Below, one piece after another: positions 56,015-59,718 of a stretch of DNA of 59,718 nt (position 1 is the stretch's first letter; every line of letters begins with the position of its first letter). Position numbers and translations under genes: made by a program. The DNA lies in the IMG/VR virus record IMGVR_UViG_3300011115_000141, positions 1 through 59,718 of that record. The stretch is one strand, 5' to 3'. The notes under the pieces were generated by a model that searched no databases, was not told where the DNA came from, and worked only from the letters and a program-made list of their open reading frames with translations. This DNA comes from a virus (taxonomy: Duplodnaviria > Caudoviricetes).

Positions 56015-56944
56015 TTACGTACCGCTTCCAATGAACTGTTGCCTTGGAACAAAACGAACCGAAGCTTTCTCACGATCTTCATCAGCGGCAAGTTGCCAAG
56101 CCTCATCGTACTGTTGCTTCAAGACCGGTAGGCGCTCAGCGCCATTCTCAATCTTAAGAGCCAAGTAGTAGGCCAAACCAGCCACCATACAGGGCAGGAA
56201 GCGGAAAGGCACGTCCATCGTACGTACGCCCCCGCCAGCATCATCAATACGGCGCATGCGCCAGTAAACAAACTGATATGTAGCGCTGTTGTCAGGAGTT
56301 GGCCAGAGTGTCACAGAGGGGAGATTCTGTGTGTATACAGACACGCCAGTCGAGTGTGCTGCGGCAGTTGTGCCGTTCTGTCCACGAAAGCAGTTAGACA
56401 GCACGTTGCCAGAGATGTAGCCGTACTGGACAGTCTCGTTTTCAATCAACAAGAACCCTGTAGCAGGCAAGCCAGCAGCGGAAGTCAACGTAATTGTGGT
56501 GGCCGTGGCCGTAATCCCGCCGTTAAGCGTGGTGCCAATCGAAGAAGTCTGGCCATCCAAACGCTGATACCACACCTGAATAGGACGGGCTTGTTGCAGT
56601 TTGTTAGGAATAGTTGCATAAGTAGAAACACTGATACGCGTGATGGTCAGGTCAGCCTGCGTAGATGCGCTACCCGCGCCCGTGCGAATGACGTGCTCAA
56701 GTAGATCCACCGTGTCGACAGGGAGTGCGTAGGTGTTCAGACCCGGAGTCAGGTTAATCGTACCCTGCTCAAACGTCCACATGTTGACACCACGGTTTGC
56801 CCAATCAGCAAACATCAAGTTCAATGAACGACGGGCTGTACGCAAATCGTAGCCCGTACGCAACTCCGAACCCGCGCGCTCAAACGCTTCCTCAACCAAC
56901 TCAGTAAGGTCAAGGTTAAACGCTGCGGTTCCTGAAGTGGTCAT
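56015..56944 (-). CDS. Head completion/adaptor protein with inserted beta domain
   Basis: EEAFERAG..ARRSLN..WANRG; LWPTPD; PFRFLPCMVAGLAYYLA. Confidence 0.65.
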   Translation of the reverse strand: MTTSGTAAFNLDLTELVEEAFERAGSELRTGYDLRTARRSLNLMFADWANRGVNMWTFEQGTINLTPGLNTYALPVDTVDLLEHVIRTGAGSASTQADLTITRISVSTYATIPNKLQQARPIQVWYQRLDGQTSSIGTTLNGGITATATTITLTSAAGLPATGFLLIENETVQYGYISGNVLSNCFRGQNGTTAAAHSTGVSVYTQNLPSVTLWPTPDNSATYQFVYWRMRRIDDAGGGVRTMDVPFRFLPCMVAGLAYYLALKIENGAERLPVLKQQYDEAWQLAADEDREKASVRFVPRQQFIGSGT

Positions 56945-57174
56945 CTAAAGCCTGCCGTTTTCTTTGCAATCGTTTTGGGTTGCGCTACGAATTGTTTTCC
57001 GGCTTTTTTGCCAGCACGTTTCGCACGCGTTGTCGCAGCGTACTCAGAAGAACTGAGGCTTTTAATCGCAGCGCTAGGAAGGTATCGCTCACCAGTGTCA
57101 GAAGATTTTTTACCACTTTTGGTTCTCCATTTTTGGTCACCCCAATCCTTCAATGATTTCTGAGGCGCTTTCAA
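56941..57174 (-). CDS. Small basic protein (SLKxW..Q.W.T / ERYLP family)
   Basis: QKSLKDWGDQKWRTKSG..ERYLP; TTG start overlapping the upstream stop. Confidence 0.6.
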   Translation of the reverse strand: MKAPQKSLKDWGDQKWRTKSGKKSSDTGERYLPSAAIKSLSSSEYAATTRAKRAGKKAGKQFVAQPKTIAKKTAGFR

Positions 57175-57446
57175 TCTCGATAACCCCCGCCTGCCGCCTT
57201 GTACTTCTTGGCAACAAGCTGAGCCTTACGAGCCGACCACTGACCTGCACCCGTACCTTGCGTAGCTGCGGCTTTTACCTGAGACACAATTCGCTTGCGT
57301 AACTCCGGTTTAGTGTAGTTACCAGCCGCATTTACTTTACCGCCTTCAGCGTATTGCGTGAAGTCAGTGTCGTCCCGTCGGGCTTTTTTCTTACCCTTGG
57401 GCATTTTAGAGGGGGAGATGTCCCCCATCCCACGGCTGGCCATCAT
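57171..57446 (-). CDS. Small basic protein (GQWSARKAQ motif, DUF5872-like)
   Basis: YTKPELR...GQWSARKAQL..KYKAAGGGY. Confidence 0.6.
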   Translation of the reverse strand: MMASRGMGDISPSKMPKGKKKARRDDTDFTQYAEGGKVNAAGNYTKPELRKRIVSQVKAAATQGTGAGQWSARKAQLVAKKYKAAGGGYRD

Positions 57447-57450
57447 GGTG

Positions 57451-57798
57451 TTAGCAGGCTTTGCCGCCCATTTTCATACCAATCATCGTGCCTTTGGTTT
57501 TGCCTTTTGTAGCAACACCATCAGCGCGCTTAGAGGCAGAACCACCAGCAGCCATTTTTTTCATTGGCATTTCTGCTTTGCCGCCTGCTTTAGCTCCAGC
57601 TTTTTTCTTAGCCATCATTGCCATAAATCCGGGATTCATCTTAGCCATAGTATCACCACCTTTAGAAAATTTGCGGTTTTTGTCCGCTTGGTTAAACTCT
57701 TTACCCACGGACTGTGGGACTCCTACTTTCTTAGCAAACGATGGGTTGTTAGCCACCGCAGCCATGAAATTGTGTTGCTTCTTACTCGTCGATGGCAT
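57451..57798 (-). CDS. Small K/G/M-rich basic protein
   Basis: ATG 57798 (MPSTSKKQHNFMAA...); several xxxGG motifs. Confidence 0.6.
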   Translation of the reverse strand: MPSTSKKQHNFMAAVANNPSFAKKVGVPQSVGKEFNQADKNRKFSKGGDTMAKMNPGFMAMMAKKKAGAKAGGKAEMPMKKMAAGGSASKRADGVATKGKTKGTMIGMKMGGKAC

Positions 57799-58046
57799 CA
57801 CTTGCCCCCTGAGTACCAATGCACAAGTTGAACTACCCCCGCCCCAACAGTACCGCTTGCACCTGCCAACAGCATCAACATTCTCCAACCACCTTTGGCT
57901 TCAGACAAGGTCTTGTCAATAGCCGTCAGCGTTGCTTGCATGGTTTTCATGTTTTCCAACATTTTGTCCATATCATCTTGCAAATGCTTAATGTCGGACG
58001 CATGCGTGGCTAATTCACGGGCGGTTTGGATAGCATCGTCAGTCAT
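57798..58046 (-). CDS. Coiled-coil plus C-terminal TM protein (XhlA-like)
   Basis: Heptad N-terminus and hydrophobic C-terminus. Confidence 0.55.
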   Translation of the reverse strand: MTDDAIQTARELATHASDIKHLQDDMDKMLENMKTMQATLTAIDKTLSEAKGGWRMLMLLAGASGTVGAGVVQLVHWYSGGK

Positions 58047-58366
58047 ACCATCCGCCCTTTTGTCTTGCCTTTTGTAGCGCAGCCATCAGCCGCAGTTACA
58101 TAGCCGCCATCCTTACAGTTCCACGCCCTCAAAGACTTATTGATGCGTGAGTTCGGATCGTTGGCAGTCTTCTCGCTTGTGAGTTTCTTCTTCATGCCAC
58201 TCATCCTTGCGCAAAAGGAGTCGCGCCGTGAGCCGCCCTCGGGCTGGGGGCGTTTCAGCCCCGGCTTGCCGGGATTGGCTGCATTGTAAGAAGCTCGTCC
58301 TTTGGCGTTCAAGCCGCCCTTCTCGGATTTGCCCTCTTTGCGAGTCCATGCTGGTGACTTAGCCAT
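58043..58366 (-). CDS. Small basic protein (RRxSFCARM motif, DUF6321-like)
   Basis: GGLNAKGRASYN...RRDSFCARM...SLRAWNC. Confidence 0.6.
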   Translation of the reverse strand: MAKSPAWTRKEGKSEKGGLNAKGRASYNAANPGKPGLKRPQPEGGSRRDSFCARMSGMKKKLTSEKTANDPNSRINKSLRAWNCKDGGYVTAADGCATKGKTKGRMV

Positions 58367-58640
58367 AGAACACCACGGCTGTGGTAGAAGCCGCACAAAC
58401 TGCTGAAATATTTGTGGCACACCTAATTCCCTCTCCGGGAATCACAACGTTGATTGAGCCAGCCGCTGCGGGAGCAGTGAACGAAAACTTAGCCGTGCCG
58501 CCTGTACCATCGTTTAAAACCACAGTACCGCCAGATGGATAACTGATTGTCAAACCTTTAATACGAGCGGGGCCATTAAAAATCGTAGTCGTTGCTCCAG
58601 CAGCCGCCGCTGCTGAAAGTACGTCATATTGCATCGCCAT
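58359..58640 (-). CDS. Small virion structural protein
   Basis: GGAG RBS; beta-rich, GPARIKG...IPGEGI. Confidence 0.6.
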   Translation of the reverse strand: MAMQYDVLSAAAAAGATTTIFNGPARIKGLTISYPSGGTVVLNDGTGGTAKFSFTAPAAAGSINVVIPGEGIRCATNISAVCAASTTAVVFYG

Positions 58641-58654
58641 AATCAAGCTCCTTT

Positions 58655-58674
58655 AAAAACGGGGCCGTAGCCCC
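58655..58674 (-). terminator. Intrinsic terminator with UNCG tetraloop
   Basis: Minus strand GGGGC-TACG-GCCCC followed by GTTTTT. Confidence 0.6.
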
Positions 58675-58683
58675 TTGGGTTGA

Positions 58684-59085
58684 TTAAGCTGCAACAGCGC
58701 CATTCAAAGCAACAATAGCCCAGCCAGCGGACGTGTAAACCAACATAGCAGATTCGCCAACACCAGTGAACGTAATGGTTGTGAAACCAATCTTTGTTGT
58801 AGGGGTCAACACAGCGGAGCCGCCATCAACAGCGTGGCTGATGATCTTGATTTCACCAAGAACACCGTTAGCCAAAGTCAAAGCTTGAGCCGCGCCTGTG
58901 GTAGTCAGGTTAGTGAAAGTGTTGATAACGTCAACCGCACCAGCACCAGACACAGATTGTGTGCCTAGAACTACGTCGGTACCAAAAGAAGAGTTAACCG
59001 TAACAGCGCCTGTGGTTGAACTAATAGAGATGGATTGAAAGCCATTCTCGGAACGAACTGGGCCGCTAAACGTGGTATTTGCCAT
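58684..59085 (-). CDS. Putative capsid decoration/minor capsid protein
   Basis: Directly after the major capsid gene; MANTTFSGPVRSENGF N-terminus. Confidence 0.6.
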   Translation of the reverse strand: MANTTFSGPVRSENGFQSISISSTTGAVTVNSSFGTDVVLGTQSVSGAGAVDVINTFTNLTTTGAAQALTLANGVLGEIKIISHAVDGGSAVLTPTTKIGFTTITFTGVGESAMLVYTSAGWAIVALNGAVAA

Positions 59086-59096
59086 GATTTTTCCTT

Positions 59097-59164
59097 ACAT
59101 GCAAGTTAGGCGTATCAATCTGCATGTCGTCAGCCGGGACTGTTTGATACACCGGAAAGCCCGG
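59097..59164 (-). ncRNA. Double-pseudoknot RNA downstream of the capsid gene (Mu-gpT-DE-like motif)
   Basis: Interlocked stems on the minus strand: 59164-59158/59141-59134, 59153-59144/59118-59109 and 59127-59120/59104-59097; located just downstream of a Mu-gpT-like capsid gene. Confidence 0.65.
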
Positions 59165-59183
59165 ATTAAGAACAATATACACC

Positions 59184-59212
59184 AAAAGAAAAAGGGGCAC
59201 AAGGCCCCTTTT
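59184..59212 (-). terminator. Intrinsic terminator after the major capsid gene
   Basis: AAAAGGGGC/GCCCCTTTT stem (59190-59212) with a T-tract on the minus strand. Confidence 0.75.
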
Positions 59213-59231
59213 AAATATTTCCAAAGAAATA

Positions 59232-59718
59232 TTAGGTCGAACCGGGGGAGCCAAAGACGCCCAATGGATCAGAGAAGCCGAAGCTGTAACGCTCACGGGC
59301 TTTGTAACGAACGTTACCTGTATCAAAGTCACCGTCCATGCCAGTAGTCAAGGCCATACGCTCAAAGTGCTTCAGGCCGTTAGGAACGTCTGTGCACAAG
59401 AACCAAGCATTGGTGTCTGTCAGGTAGTGGTTGATTGTGTAACCTTCAGGGATTGAACCGTTGTTCTTCAACGCGTTGATGTCGTTGTCCGCTGTGCCAA
59501 CACGCAGGTTGGTTTCGAGCAAACGAGTAGCAACGAACTGAAGTGCTGGAGGCACGACCAATTTTCTGGGTTTAGCAGCGATCAGCAAACCACGCTCATC
59601 AGTCCAAGCAGCGATCTGAATCACAGCGTTTTCCAACGATGTTTCATTCAAGTCAGAGTTGGTTGAAGGACGGTTACTGTTGGTACCACCAGAGATCAGG
59701 GGGTGCGCTGTAGAGAAC
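59232..59718 (-). CDS. Major capsid protein, Mu gpT-like (5' part outside window)
   Basis: Open to the window edge: FSTAHPL...LVVPPAL..VATRLL...NDIN...YLTDTNAWFL...DFDTGNVRYKARERYSFG.SD. Confidence 0.85.
   Translation of the reverse strand, partial: FSTAHPLISGGTNSNRPSTNSDLNETSLENAVIQIAAWTDERGLLIAAKPRKLVVPPALQFVATRLLETNLRVGTADNDINALKNNGSIPEGYTINHYLTDTNAWFLCTDVPNGLKHFERMALTTGMDGDFDTGNVRYKARERYSFGFSDPLGVFGSPGST

Noticed and set aside
1-59718. Integrase, transposase or host flanking genes
   Set aside because: No recombinase or transposase motifs were recognised, and every identifiable gene is phage-like.

Overview
This window is most of the genome of a tailed dsDNA bacteriophage with podovirus-like architecture. 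It carries a P22-like portal, a Mu-gpT-like major capsid protein, large internal virion proteins and no tape-measure gene. Its layout resembles uncultured freshwater proteobacterial phages, which is an inference from gene content only. The minus strand carries packaging genes at 1-5209 (terS, terL, portal, GroES-like co-chaperonin) and virion/lysis genes at 29338-59718. The plus strand (5711-29369) carries early accessory genes and a replication module: family A DNA polymerase (Leu762 type), PD-(D/E)XK nuclease, SNF2 helicase, SSB-like protein and DUF927 primase-helicase. Both window ends cut genes of the head module (GroES 3' end, capsid 5' end), so the genome is probably only a few kb longer than the window. 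I found no integrase, tRNA, CRISPR array or reverse transcriptase. The most notable unexplained structure is regulatory. (1) A candidate ~100-nt sRNA (5257-5358) has its own sigma70-like promoter and terminator, and its unpaired core is complementary to an extended ribosome-binding motif (AGGAGAAAGYAAAT) shared by about ten early/middle genes but not by the late genes I checked. (2) A cassette array of small genes (16743-19197) is built from conserved DNA joints flanking variable segments. (3) Two distinct repeated palindromic operator-like motifs occur. (4) An HTH protein carries an isolated RpoD region-4 mimic. (5) Several pseudoknotted RNA elements are present. All assignments come from reading the sequence and motifs; no database searches were run.
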